Below, piece after piece: positions 7,612-16,760 of a stretch of DNA of 23,247 nt. Source of the DNA: Planctomycetota bacterium. GTDB taxonomy: Bacteria; Planctomycetota; B15-G4; JADJEK01. Location: positions 1 through 23,247 of the forward strand of contig JBGAIQ010000077.1 in assembly GCA_044225365.1 (NCBI GenBank), given 5' to 3'. The notes under the pieces were generated by a model that saw only the letters and a program-made list of their open reading frames with translations, was not told the DNA's origin and did not search any database. Every line of letters begins with the position of its first letter. The stretch's first letter is position 1. A program made the position numbers and the translations under genes.

Positions 7612-9417
7612 ATGAAAACGATCACGTTCAGCCTTCTCGCCGTCGCCACCGCGTCCTCCCTCTTCGCGCAGATGGGCGGGATCGGAGCCGGAAAGGGAAC
7701 GACCGCCGTGAGAATCGCTGGCGCGAGCCCGTCGAGTCTCAGTGTGACGAAGGTCACCGTCGCCGGGACGATCACCGAATCCGCGCCGATTCTCTCCGGC
7801 ATCCAGTTGCTCGCGATCGACGTTGCGGGGCGAACGCCCCTCACCGATGTGGTCGGGAACGAAGCGATCGTCACGACGCTCGCGAACGGGACCCAGGCCG
7901 TCGAATTGCCCGGTCCCCTCGCCATTCGGATCTTTCACTACGTGAAGCCCGCGACCCACGTCTTCGGCTTCTTCGCGGCGCGTGGCAATGGCGACGTCGC
8001 GGTCCTTCTCGAACACGTCGGCCTCGGCAACAACCAGACGGTCGATCCGTATGACCCGGTGATCGGGGCGTCCTCCGACGGAGTGACGATCGCGATCGCG
8101 GCGTCGAATCCGAAGCAGGGAGTTCAGGGGCTCGGTGATGCGTGGCTCCTGCGGGTCGACGGAGGGAACCTCACGAACGGCCAACCGATCCGCGAACTCA
8201 CGGGGAACGCGAAGATCGACGTCAACGGCGTGGGGCTCACGTTCTTCGGGTCGAGCCTCTACGCATCCTCGCATTCGGGCCTCTTGAGCGCTCCGAGCGA
8301 CGGCACCGGCGTCTTCTCCATCCTCACTTTGCCGCCGTCCGGCGGTCTTCCTCCCCTCGAGATCCTTCCCGAGCTCGTACGCTCCAAGGACGGCTCGACG
8401 CTCGCCGTCATCGCCGGCCAGAGCGAATCGAAACTCGATATCTACCGCGTCGATTCGCAAGGGGCATTCACGAACGTGACGAACGCGCCTTTGGCCGTCG
8501 TCGCGCCGGGGTATCTCCCCGAAGTGACCACGGGTCCCCACCTCGCCCTCTCGGACGACGGGTCCTCGGTCTTCTACGAGATCGCGTTCAGCAACGGCAA
8601 TGAACTCTTCATGCAGACGATGACGCCGGGCTCGGCTCCGTTCCAGCTCACGCAAGACGCGGAGTTCGACACGTCGATCGACCAGATGAGCGGGATCTTG
8701 ACAGGCGGTAGTTTCGCGCGCTTCCTCGCGGCGAGCGGTCAGCTCAATGCGGATCTCTATCGCACGACCCTGCCGTCCTTCGGCACGCCCGCGCTCAACA
8801 ATCTGACGAAGAGCTCGGGCGCCGCGGCGCCGTGGTTCCCGAACGCGGCGACCATCCAGGTCGCGAATCAGTGGAACGTGCGCGGAGCGCGCCTGCTCGT
8901 CGACAATCAAACGGCCGTGGGTCAGGGTTTCGCGTTGTGGGTGAACAGCACTCAGGACGTGACCGGAGTTGCGCTCTCTTCCCTCGTCACCCAGCCCAAG
9001 CTCTTCGCGGCCGCGAGCGGCGGAGGCCGAGTCGTGATCGCTGCGCAGGATGCGACGACGGCCCAACTGCTCACGTTCGACGGGGTGAATCCGGCGCAGC
9101 CGCTCCTGCTCCTGCCGCCGGGGATGCCCGTCACCTCGGTCGCCGTTCGCGACGGCGGCTTCCTCGCCGCATTCGTCGTCGATGCCGGTGCAGCCGGGAG
9201 CTTCGTCGTCCAAGCCAGCACGACGGGCGCGGGATTCCAGATCGTGTCGGGATCGCCCTATCCGAAGGCGCGAGACCTGCTCTATGGCCGCAATGGCAAC
9301 CTGATGTTCGCGGCGGACGCTGCGGCGGGTCTCACCGACACCTACGTTCAACGCTCCCTGATCGGCGCGCCGGTGAAGGTCGGCGCTTCCGCCAAGCTCG
9401 CGTTCTTCGCGCGCTGA
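7612..9417 (+). CDS. Secreted hypothetical protein, probable TolB/PD40-like beta-propeller
   Basis: Signal peptide MKTITFSLLAVATASSLFA; recurring SxDG turns (SSDGVTIA, SKDGSTLA, SDDGSSVF); GC3-biased codon usage. Confidence 0.75.
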   Translation: MKTITFSLLAVATASSLFAQMGGIGAGKGTTAVRIAGASPSSLSVTKVTVAGTITESAPILSGIQLLAIDVAGRTPLTDVVGNEAIVTTLANGTQAVELPGPLAIRIFHYVKPATHVFGFFAARGNGDVAVLLEHVGLGNNQTVDPYDPVIGASSDGVTIAIAASNPKQGVQGLGDAWLLRVDGGNLTNGQPIRELTGNAKIDVNGVGLTFFGSSLYASSHSGLLSAPSDGTGVFSILTLPPSGGLPPLEILPELVRSKDGSTLAVIAGQSESKLDIYRVDSQGAFTNVTNAPLAVVAPGYLPEVTTGPHLALSDDGSSVFYEIAFSNGNELFMQTMTPGSAPFQLTQDAEFDTSIDQMSGILTGGSFARFLAASGQLNADLYRTTLPSFGTPALNNLTKSSGAAAPWFPNAATIQVANQWNVRGARLLVDNQTAVGQGFALWVNSTQDVTGVALSSLVTQPKLFAAASGGGRVVIAAQDATTAQLLTFDGVNPAQPLLLLPPGMPVTSVAVRDGGFLAAFVVDAGAAGSFVVQASTTGAGFQIVSGSPYPKARDLLYGRNGNLMFAADAAAGLTDTYVQRSLIGAPVKVGASAKLAFFAR

Positions 9418-9423
9418 ACTTTC

Positions 9424-10440
9424 TTATCCGCCGAAGCCGACAGCCATCGTCTGCGTGCGCATATAGGAAACGCGCACGGCGTCGAGCAGCGAACGGCGCA
9501 TCGGCACGGGCAGCTCGAGCGTTTGCATCGATGGATCCTCGGCCAGGCTGAAGTACCCGTTCGAGTCGCCGCACGACAGGTGGATGTCCTGCTTGTGCGA
9601 GAGACAGACGAGCGCGGCGCTCTTGGTGAATCGTGGGTTCTTCGCGAAGTCGTGATGGCAGCCCGCGACGGCGACCACCTCGTCGGGCAGGTTCCAGTCC
9701 TGCGCGAGCTTCAAACCGACCGACTCGTGGTGGCGATGGAAGACGTGGCCCACGAAGTTGCGTCGGTAGTCGAATCCCTTCGGCGCCAGTTCGCGCAGCA
9801 TGTGCAGCAGCGGGACCTTGCCGATGTCATGGAGGAGACCGAGCACGTACATCCGTTCGGGATCGAGCGCGAGCGGCACCGCGTTCGAGCGCGCATTTCC
9901 CGCGATCGAAAAACTCTGACGCCACACCTCTTCGGCGATCGTCGAGAGTTCGCGGCACTTGAAGATCACGCTCTTCAGCGACAGCGAAAGGAGAGACGAG
10001 CGCAAGCCGCGGATGCCGATGCGAAGGATCGCGCCGCGAATGGTGTCGACCTGACGCGCGCCGCCGTACATCACGGAGTTGGCGATCTTGAGGAGCGAGG
10101 CGGCGAGCGCGAGGTCCGGAGCGATCATGCGCTCCACCTTCGTGACGTCGACTTCGGGATTCGACGTCATGTCGAGGACGCGCATGTGCGTCACGGCGAG
10201 ATGCGGCAGCTCGAAGTCGTTCGCTGCAACCTTGTCGTCGATCTTCTTGATCAGCTCCTGCTCGTTGAATTCAGGATGGAACGGTTCCGCGACCGACCGA
10301 TCGGTGTTCCCGAATCCACGAACCGGTTCGGGGAACGGTAGCTCGTCGAATCTCGGGGGCGTCGTCGAGGTCGAGGCGAGGCCCTTGGCGTCATTCTTCG
10401 GGGTGGCGGCGGGCGGAGTGGACTTGGCGAAGAAGGCCAT
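9424..10440 (-). CDS. HDOD domain-containing protein
   Basis: LPHL...DLALAASLLKIANSVMYG...IRGAILRIG; GLLHDIGK; HESVG..LAQDWNLP...HH. Confidence 0.92.
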   Translation of the reverse strand: MAFFAKSTPPAATPKNDAKGLASTSTTPPRFDELPFPEPVRGFGNTDRSVAEPFHPEFNEQELIKKIDDKVAANDFELPHLAVTHMRVLDMTSNPEVDVTKVERMIAPDLALAASLLKIANSVMYGGARQVDTIRGAILRIGIRGLRSSLLSLSLKSVIFKCRELSTIAEEVWRQSFSIAGNARSNAVPLALDPERMYVLGLLHDIGKVPLLHMLRELAPKGFDYRRNFVGHVFHRHHESVGLKLAQDWNLPDEVVAVAGCHHDFAKNPRFTKSAALVCLSHKQDIHLSCGDSNGYFSLAEDPSMQTLELPVPMRRSLLDAVRVSYMRTQTMAVGFGG

Positions 10441-10572
10441 GCCGGCTGTCCTCTGCTACGGTTGAACGATCAAGGTGTCGATGGACCGGACCGTACATCG
10501 ACCGCGGCGAGGATTCCCTGTAACGCTTTGGGCGCCTCACTTCTCTCCGGACCGACTCTTAGAGTGGCCCTC

Positions 10573-12150
10573 GTGGAGAAACTGGAGCCCAAGCGCAAGG
10601 ACGACGCAACGACCGCGACGAACGGCGGCGATCGTCTCGTCGCGGTCGTCGTGCTGGTCGTCATCCTCGTCGGCATCGTCCTGCGCTTGCGCGTCTACGT
10701 GTTCGATCGATCGCTCTGGCTCGACGAACTGTTCCTCTGGACGACGCTGGGCGACACGGATCTCCTCCGCGCGTTCCGCCCGCTCGGCGAGGGCCAGGTC
10801 GCGGCGCCGGGATTCCTGCTCGTGGTGCAGGTCCTGCGACGGCTCTTCGGCGATTCCGAGTTCGTATTGCGGCTGCCGGCACTCATCGCCGGGATCGCGG
10901 CGCTGCCGCTCATGTACGCCGCTTCGAAACGCGTGGTCGGTGCGCGATGGGGCGTGCTGCCGCTCCTGCTCGTCGTCGTCTCGCCGCAGGCGATCTACTA
11001 TTCGTCGGAGTTCAAACCCTACTCGCTCGACCTCAGCGTTTCGCTCGTCCTGCTCCTACTCGGCCACGACGCCCTCGACGAGCCGCGAAGCGCGCGCGTG
11101 GGACGCGCGGTGCGTCTCGCCGCCGTCGCGGCGACAGGCGTCTTCGTGAGTCTGCCCGCGATCCTCGTCGTCGGGGCCGTGTGCGGCGCTCTCGCAATCG
11201 TGAGGTGGCTGCGACGGGATCTAGGGGGCGTCGCCCTCGCCACCCTGCCCGCGCTCGCGGGGGGGCTTGTCTTCTTCCTCCAGTACCACTTCCTGCTGTC
11301 GCAGAACCACGTCAGTCACGACCTCTACGACTACTGGATCAAACTCGAGGCCTTTCCGCTCGGACCTTGGTACTCGGCGGAGGCGCTGACCTGGTATCCC
11401 AACTCGATCGTGCGCCTGCTCGCGGAGCCGACGGGATTCGGGGACATGTGGGGAAGAGCTCTGCCTCACACGTACATCGCGGCCGGCCTCTTCCTGATCG
11501 GAGCGATCGACTTCGTGCGCGCGCGGAAGATCGCGGCCCTGGCGCTTTGCCTCGTCCTCGGCCTCGCTTGGATCGCGGCCGCGCTCGGCAAGTACCCGCT
11601 CGCAGCGAGAGTTGCATTCTTCGTCGTTCCCACGCTCTCGATCTTCGTGGCCCGGGCGATCGCCGTGCTTTCGCGCTTCGCCCCGACTCGACCCCTCCGC
11701 CTTTGGCTCGTGGTGGGCTGCTTCTACCTCGTGTGGCCGAGTGTCGGCGGCACGATCGGACGCTTCATCCGGCCGCACACACGCGAGGAGAACCGCGCGG
11801 TCCTCACGGAACTCGCGAAGAGTCTGCGGCCGGGCGACACCGTCTACCTGACCTGGTGGGGGCGCTACGGCTGGCGCTACTACGCTCCTCGCGTCGGCAT
11901 CGATTCGTTTCCCACGATCGAAGCGAAGTGCAGCCGGGTCGAGGATTTGGAGCGCGATCTCGAAGCGAACGGCGACGCGCTTCCGCGCTCGGACCGGGTC
12001 TGGATGTACGCGGCCCACTTCTACCCCTCCGACGACGAGCGCAAGCGCGCGCTCTCGATCTTCGAGGCGCACGGGGCGACCGTCGTGGAGTCCATCGAAG
12101 CGTCGGCCGCCGCCGCACATCGCCTCGACCTGACGCGCTTCAGGAAATGA
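10573..12150 (+). CDS. Membrane glycosyltransferase, GT-C fold (GT39/ArnT/PMT-like)
   Basis: First TM helix followed by RSLWLDE; EFVLRLP; YYSSEFKPYS; many hydrophobic helices and a soluble C-terminal domain. Start is uncertain (GTG 10573 preferred over 10462). Confidence 0.85.
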   Translation: MEKLEPKRKDDATTATNGGDRLVAVVVLVVILVGIVLRLRVYVFDRSLWLDELFLWTTLGDTDLLRAFRPLGEGQVAAPGFLLVVQVLRRLFGDSEFVLRLPALIAGIAALPLMYAASKRVVGARWGVLPLLLVVVSPQAIYYSSEFKPYSLDLSVSLVLLLLGHDALDEPRSARVGRAVRLAAVAATGVFVSLPAILVVGAVCGALAIVRWLRRDLGGVALATLPALAGGLVFFLQYHFLLSQNHVSHDLYDYWIKLEAFPLGPWYSAEALTWYPNSIVRLLAEPTGFGDMWGRALPHTYIAAGLFLIGAIDFVRARKIAALALCLVLGLAWIAAALGKYPLAARVAFFVVPTLSIFVARAIAVLSRFAPTRPLRLWLVVGCFYLVWPSVGGTIGRFIRPHTREENRAVLTELAKSLRPGDTVYLTWWGRYGWRYYAPRVGIDSFPTIEAKCSRVEDLERDLEANGDALPRSDRVWMYAAHFYPSDDERKRALSIFEAHGATVVESIEASAAAAHRLDLTRFRK

Positions 12151-12212
12151 ACGTCCCGTAAGAAAAAGTCTGAAAAACGGGCGGACTCCGACTCGCGGTG
12201 CCGTTCCTTCCT

Positions 12213-12587
12213 GCGGAACCACGAGCGATCGTGGAGCCACTCAAGTCTTGAAACGAACATGACCATCGATGTCGCTCCGCGCGCTGCGGGGTTCGACCTC
12301 GACGGTTCGATCGAATCTCATCGGGAGAGCCACCCGTTTCCGGCTTCTCGAGCTGACGAGCTCGAGAAGTGGGACGGGTCGGTATGGATCGTGTCGCACA
12401 CGATCACCCGGATCGCCACGGGTCGACATCGTAGGTCGAAACGTGGCGCCGAGGACCGAACGTCTCGACGCGGAGGATCCGGACGGCCGGATCGCTCGAG
12501 TTTCGCACAAGCACGTCGCTTGCGAAGCTGCGCCGAGGTGGATGTGCGGCGGTTCCAACAGCATGCGTCAGCAGACTCCGGGAATGG
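12213..12587 (+). ncRNA. Candidate structured non-coding RNA or cis-regulatory leader (family not recognised)
   Basis: Run of adjacent hairpins (12219-34, 12271-97, 12332-79, 12387-405, 12414-48, 12476-93, 12499-529) in an intergenic gap, followed directly by a terminator. Confidence 0.4.
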
Positions 12588-12626
12588 AGGGGCGCCACTT
12601 CGGTCCGAAGTGGCGCCCCTTTTTTT
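12588..12626 (+). terminator. Intrinsic (Rho-independent) terminator
   Basis: AGGGGCGCCACTTCGG-T-CCGAAGTGGCGCCCCT, a perfect 16-bp inverted repeat running into T7. Confidence 0.85.
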
Positions 12627-12730
12627 CGCTGCGAAGCCGGGGGAGCTTTCCCGCGTCGGCGGGCTCGCGTGGCGGTTGCCTTTTGCGTTTCATCCACGGC
12701 TTCCGTAGAACGTCGCTCCGGTGCGATCGC

Positions 12731-13429
12731 ATGCCCGCGGAGACGACGAACATGAACATGCCGACTTTCGAAGTGCTTCAGGCAGCGTTGCGGAAGATCG
12801 TTGCGGAGAAGAACGGCGGCTTCAGCCTGCACATGTGGGCGAGCGTCGTCGACCGCGACGGGATCGTGCGGCTCGTTGCGTTCTCCGGCGGCGATCGTGG
12901 CGACCAGTGGCCGGGGAGCCGGGTGATCTCCGCGCAGAAGGCGAATACCGCCAATGCGTTCAGCCTGCCGGGCCTCGCGCTGTCGACGGCGAATCTGTTC
13001 ACCGCGACTCAGCCGGGCGGCAGCCTTTTCGGCCTCCAGCACAGCAATCCCGTCGATACGAGCGTTGCCTACGGCGGCGACTGCGCCCTGATCGGGACCG
13101 CAAAGGACCCGATGGTCGGCAAGAAGATCGGCGGCGTCAACGTCTTCGGCGGCGGCCTCGCACTCTACGACTCGACGGGCAAGATCCTCGGCGCGCTCGG
13201 GATCAGCGGCGATACGTCGAGCGCCGACCACAATGTCGCGTGGAAACTGCGACATGCGCTCGGACTCGACTACGTTCCAGGCGGGGTCAGTCCGACCGGC
13301 GACGACAACATCGTGTACGACATCGTCGAGGGCAAGAGCCGCGGCGGGTGGGGACACCCCGAGACCACGCCGGAAGCGACTTCCATCGCGAACTCGCTAC
13401 CGAAGACCCACGCCCTTCGGAAGAAGTGA
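12731..13429 (+). CDS. GlcG/HbpS family heme-binding protein (DUF336-like)
   Basis: WASVVDRDG, SRVISAQKANTA, FGGGLALYD..GKILGALGISG. Start is ATG 12731 or a nearby downstream ATG; the upstream extension of the 386-aa ORF crosses a terminator. Confidence 0.88.
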   Translation: MPAETTNMNMPTFEVLQAALRKIVAEKNGGFSLHMWASVVDRDGIVRLVAFSGGDRGDQWPGSRVISAQKANTANAFSLPGLALSTANLFTATQPGGSLFGLQHSNPVDTSVAYGGDCALIGTAKDPMVGKKIGGVNVFGGGLALYDSTGKILGALGISGDTSSADHNVAWKLRHALGLDYVPGGVSPTGDDNIVYDIVEGKSRGGWGHPETTPEATSIANSLPKTHALRKK

Positions 13430-13597
13430 ACATTCCCGGTCGCGCCTCCATCCTGCCGCGCCCTTTTCCCGCCAGATCTCCGAACTCGCGGGAGCAAAAC
13501 GGAAGTTCAGCCGTTTCGTGCGTCGATTAGGCTCGGTGTGGCCCCCCGATGTTCGCGGGGGCCCCGCGCTCTGGACGACCCCGGCAGGAGTTTCACC

Positions 13598-14260
13598 GTG
13601 CGACGTTTCGGAATCGCTCTTCTCGTTGGCGCGCTTTACCCGTCGTTCGCATCCGCTCAGGTCGCGTTGCCGCCGCTCCCCAAGCTCGGCGGCGGAGAAG
13701 GAGCCTCCGGGACGACGATCGTCGTTCGCAAGGCATCGGGTGGCGACGCGAACTCGTCGGAGCAGGTCTACAAGAAGGTGATGAAGGACGGCAAGGTCGT
13801 CGAGGAATCCGGCGACAAGGCGCTCGCGGAGAAACTGTCGAAGTCTGCCGACGCCGATGCGCTCCTCCAGGAGTTGCTCTCCGGTCAACCCGACTGCGAC
13901 CGGATGCAGAAGATGCTCGACGAAGCGATGCAGCAAGCGATGAAGGGTGCGGCCACGCTGCCGTTGGATCCATCCTCGTCGAAGGACTCGAAGTCGACTT
14001 CGAGCTCGAGTAGCAAGTCGGCGTCCTCCCACTCCGAGAGCCACTCGTCTTCGAGTTCGAAGAAGTCATCGAGCGATCGTTCGAGCTCCGGCGCGACTCG
14101 GAGCGGAAATGACACGCCCAAGAACGAACGGGGCGATCGCAAAGCGCTGACGGCGCGCAAGGATCCAGCCCGCGCGAATCATCCTCCGCGCTCGCCCGCG
14201 CTCGGACGATTCACCGGTCGCACGACTCCCGCTCCCGGCGGCGCCGTGCGCCGTAGCTGA
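13598..14260 (+). CDS. Secreted hypothetical protein with Ser-rich low-complexity tail; first gene of the ECF operon
   Basis: GTG with AGGAG RBS; signal peptide MRRFGIALLVGALYPSFASA; SSSKDSKSTSSSSSKSASS tract. Confidence 0.7.
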   Translation: MRRFGIALLVGALYPSFASAQVALPPLPKLGGGEGASGTTIVVRKASGGDANSSEQVYKKVMKDGKVVEESGDKALAEKLSKSADADALLQELLSGQPDCDRMQKMLDEAMQQAMKGAATLPLDPSSSKDSKSTSSSSSKSASSHSESHSSSSSKKSSSDRSSSGATRSGNDTPKNERGDRKALTARKDPARANHPPRSPALGRFTGRTTPAPGGAVRRS

Positions 14261-14293
14261 GAGAGAGCGACCACCGATGGGAATCCCACTACG

Positions 14294-14956
14294 GTGACCG
14301 AGTTCGCTTCGAACTGGAATGTGAGCGATCACGCGCAACGAGACGACGCCATCGTCCCTACCGACGAGGACCTGGTCGAACGGATTGCGCGCGGCCAGCG
14401 CCACGCGTTCGACCTCCTCGTCACGCGTTATGGCTCGCGCCTCCAGTCGTTCCTGCGCCACCTCTTGTCGGATCGAACGACAGCCGAGGACCTGACGCAG
14501 GAAGTGCTCCTGAAAGTCTTGCTCCACGCCGGTTCGCGGGACCCGAGATCGCGATTCTCGGTGTGGCTGTTCTGCGTCGCGCGACGCGAGGCCGTGGATC
14601 ACTTGCGACGGCGCAAACTGCATACGCGACTCCTCTCGGTGCTGCGCGGCGGTTTCGAGGAGCTCGCACGCGGGCTCGCTCCGTCATCCCGACTCGAGAG
14701 CGACGAATTCCGTCGCGACTACGAGCGCGCGTTGAAGCGACTCCCGGCGGATCAACGCGAGGTCTTCCTCCTGCGAGAGCGAGCCGGGATGAACTACGAG
14801 GAGATCGGAGAAGTCGTCGGCGCGCCCGCGAAAACCGTATCGACGCGTTTGTTCCGCGCGCGCACGCGTCTGCGCGAACTGCTGCAGCATCACTTGGGTC
14901 CGGGCGAGGGTGTCGCGAGCGAGGACGAAGCCAACCTCGAGGATCAGGAACCATGA
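14294..14956 (+). CDS. ECF RNA polymerase sigma factor (sigma-70 family)
   Basis: Region 2 AEDLTQEV...FSVWLF..AR; region 4 LPADQREVFLLR...MNYEEIGEVVG...TVSTRLFRAR. Start may be 14321. Confidence 0.95.
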   Translation: MTEFASNWNVSDHAQRDDAIVPTDEDLVERIARGQRHAFDLLVTRYGSRLQSFLRHLLSDRTTAEDLTQEVLLKVLLHAGSRDPRSRFSVWLFCVARREAVDHLRRRKLHTRLLSVLRGGFEELARGLAPSSRLESDEFRRDYERALKRLPADQREVFLLRERAGMNYEEIGEVVGAPAKTVSTRLFRARTRLRELLQHHLGPGEGVASEDEANLEDQEP

Positions 14957-16266
14957 ACGACGAACTCGATTGCCTGTCCGCGCAGGCCGCAGCTTCGCTG
15001 CGAATGGACCGACGACTCACGGCGGGCGATGCTTCACGGCTCGCGCGGCATCTCCAGGCTTGCGATTCCTGCCGCGCCTTCGCGCGCGATCTCGTGACGC
15101 TTCGCGGACGCGTTGCGGGAATCGTCGATCGCGATGGGCCGCACGATCTGACCGCGGCCGTCCGGCGTCGCGCCGTACGGCGAGAACATCGAGTCGTCCC
15201 TATGCAGTGGCTGCAGCGGGTCGCTGCGATCGTGATCGCCGCGCTCAGTCTGTTCGTTGCCTACACGCTCGGTCGGATCGAGGCCTCGCGGGACGCGGCT
15301 TCGACGATCGTGTTCCAGTTCCCCACTTCCGCCGTTGACCGCTTGCTCGCCGCCGAAGCGCCGAATCCGGCGTCCGTTCAACCGGTTGCGCAAGCGCCCC
15401 GAAGCGAGGTGCCCGATCCGGTGAATGGGGAGAAGGGCGACGCGGAAGAGAAACGCGAAGTCGCACTCGACCCACCGGAGATGCGATCACCACGAATCGA
15501 ACCGCGACACGATGAACCCGCACCGAAGCTGCGAGTCATCTCCGAGGACGACAGGAATCGACTCGCAAGGGCCGGGCGTGCAATGCTCGCGGACCTCGCC
15601 GTCATCGACAAGATCCCATCGAACCGCCAGCGCCCGCTCCTCGAAGCCCAACTGCGACACTTCGGCCTCAAGGACTTCGCGACCGAGGTGAACCGGGGCG
15701 AAGCGGAATCGTCGGATCGCCCGCATCGCGATCTCGCCGCCTTCGTCACGGATCTCGAATCGACGATGCGCGATCCCACCAGTTCGTTGCTCAGCCTGCG
15801 CGACGACACCCGAACCGACGCGTTGTTCGAGGCGCTGAAGGACTATCCGCCGCCCAAGCTGCCGCCCATCGCGAGCCGCGCCGATCGGAAGATCGTGATC
15901 GACGATGTCGGGCGCGAGCTCACCGAGAGTGAGCGTCGTGCGCTCGATGAACTCCTCGGCATGAAGGAGTCCTGGATCGAAGGTTCGTATGCACCGGCCG
16001 TGCGCCTCGCAACCAACGACAAGCCAGTCGTTCCTCGAAGGACCGAAGACCCCTTCGCCGCCGCGATGCAGGCGACGATCATCTCCGCGCTCGCAGAGGC
16101 CGGAATCACCGAATGGGATCCGACGAAGGCGTTCTCCGACATCGAGATGCACTCCGGGTCCTTCTCGTTCGACCTCGACGCCCTCGAACGAGCGAGCATG
16201 GATATCGGGAAGAACCAGAAGGGCTACGTGATTCGCGTGCAGTTCGGGGCGTTCAAGGCGAAGTGA
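14953..16266 (+). CDS. zf-HC2 (ZAS) membrane anti-sigma factor with a large extracytoplasmic domain
   Basis: ATGA overlap with the sigma stop; HLQACDSC (HxxxCxxC); TM helix VAAIVIAALSLFVAYTLG. Confidence 0.88.
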   Translation: MNDELDCLSAQAAASLRMDRRLTAGDASRLARHLQACDSCRAFARDLVTLRGRVAGIVDRDGPHDLTAAVRRRAVRREHRVVPMQWLQRVAAIVIAALSLFVAYTLGRIEASRDAASTIVFQFPTSAVDRLLAAEAPNPASVQPVAQAPRSEVPDPVNGEKGDAEEKREVALDPPEMRSPRIEPRHDEPAPKLRVISEDDRNRLARAGRAMLADLAVIDKIPSNRQRPLLEAQLRHFGLKDFATEVNRGEAESSDRPHRDLAAFVTDLESTMRDPTSSLLSLRDDTRTDALFEALKDYPPPKLPPIASRADRKIVIDDVGRELTESERRALDELLGMKESWIEGSYAPAVRLATNDKPVVPRRTEDPFAAAMQATIISALAEAGITEWDPTKAFSDIEMHSGSFSFDLDALERASMDIGKNQKGYVIRVQFGAFKAK

Positions 16267-16282
16267 CTTCGACGCGGCGCAC

Positions 16283-16711
16283 TCAGAACTTCCGCGCGAA
16301 GTGGAAGCTCGTGATGTCGAAGCGCTCGCGCAGATAGAAGCGATGGGCACCGAGCCGCTGGGTTCCCGAATCGAGGTGGACCGCGCTCCACCCCGCCTGC
16401 TTCGCGATCGCGACCAGATGGTCGATGAGCGCTCGACCGTGCCCTTTCGACCGCGTGCGCGGCCTCGTCACCAAATCGTCGATGTAGAGGAAGCGGCCCC
16501 ACGCGAGGTTCTGGCAGAAACGCCACCCGGCCGCGGCTTCGACGACGGCGCCGTCGCGCACGAACGTGAGGCGGTATCCCCCTTCCATCTGCTTCCTCAC
16601 CAACGCGACGTAGTCGTCGCGAACGAGGTGCGGACGGAGTTCGAACATCGTGTCGAACGTGGAGAGGATCTCCTCGTCGGTGCGGGCGTCGGCGATCTCG
16701 ATGGCGGCCAT
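16283..16711 (-). CDS. GNAT family N-acetyltransferase
   Basis: LYIDDLVT...RSKGHG..L; VHLDSG.QR..AHRFY. Confidence 0.92.
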   Translation of the reverse strand: MAAIEIADARTDEEILSTFDTMFELRPHLVRDDYVALVRKQMEGGYRLTFVRDGAVVEAAAGWRFCQNLAWGRFLYIDDLVTRPRTRSKGHGRALIDHLVAIAKQAGWSAVHLDSGTQRLGAHRFYLRERFDITSFHFARKF

Positions 16712-16760
16712 TGCGATCCTGTCTTCGTTGCACGGCGGCGGCGCGTAAGCTGATTCCACG

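Noticed and set aside
7225-9351. 708-aa minus-strand ORF
   Set aside because: Arg-rich shadow of 7612-9417 that also crosses a repeat element.
12259-12708. 149-aa ORF, and the N-terminal extension of the 386-aa ORF
   Set aside because: Both read through a strong terminator, have no RBS, and are Arg-rich with no motifs; not fully excluded.
14563-14952. Upstream extension of the anti-sigma ORF
   Set aside because: Overlaps the sigma gene; the ATGA-coupled start at 14953 fits better.
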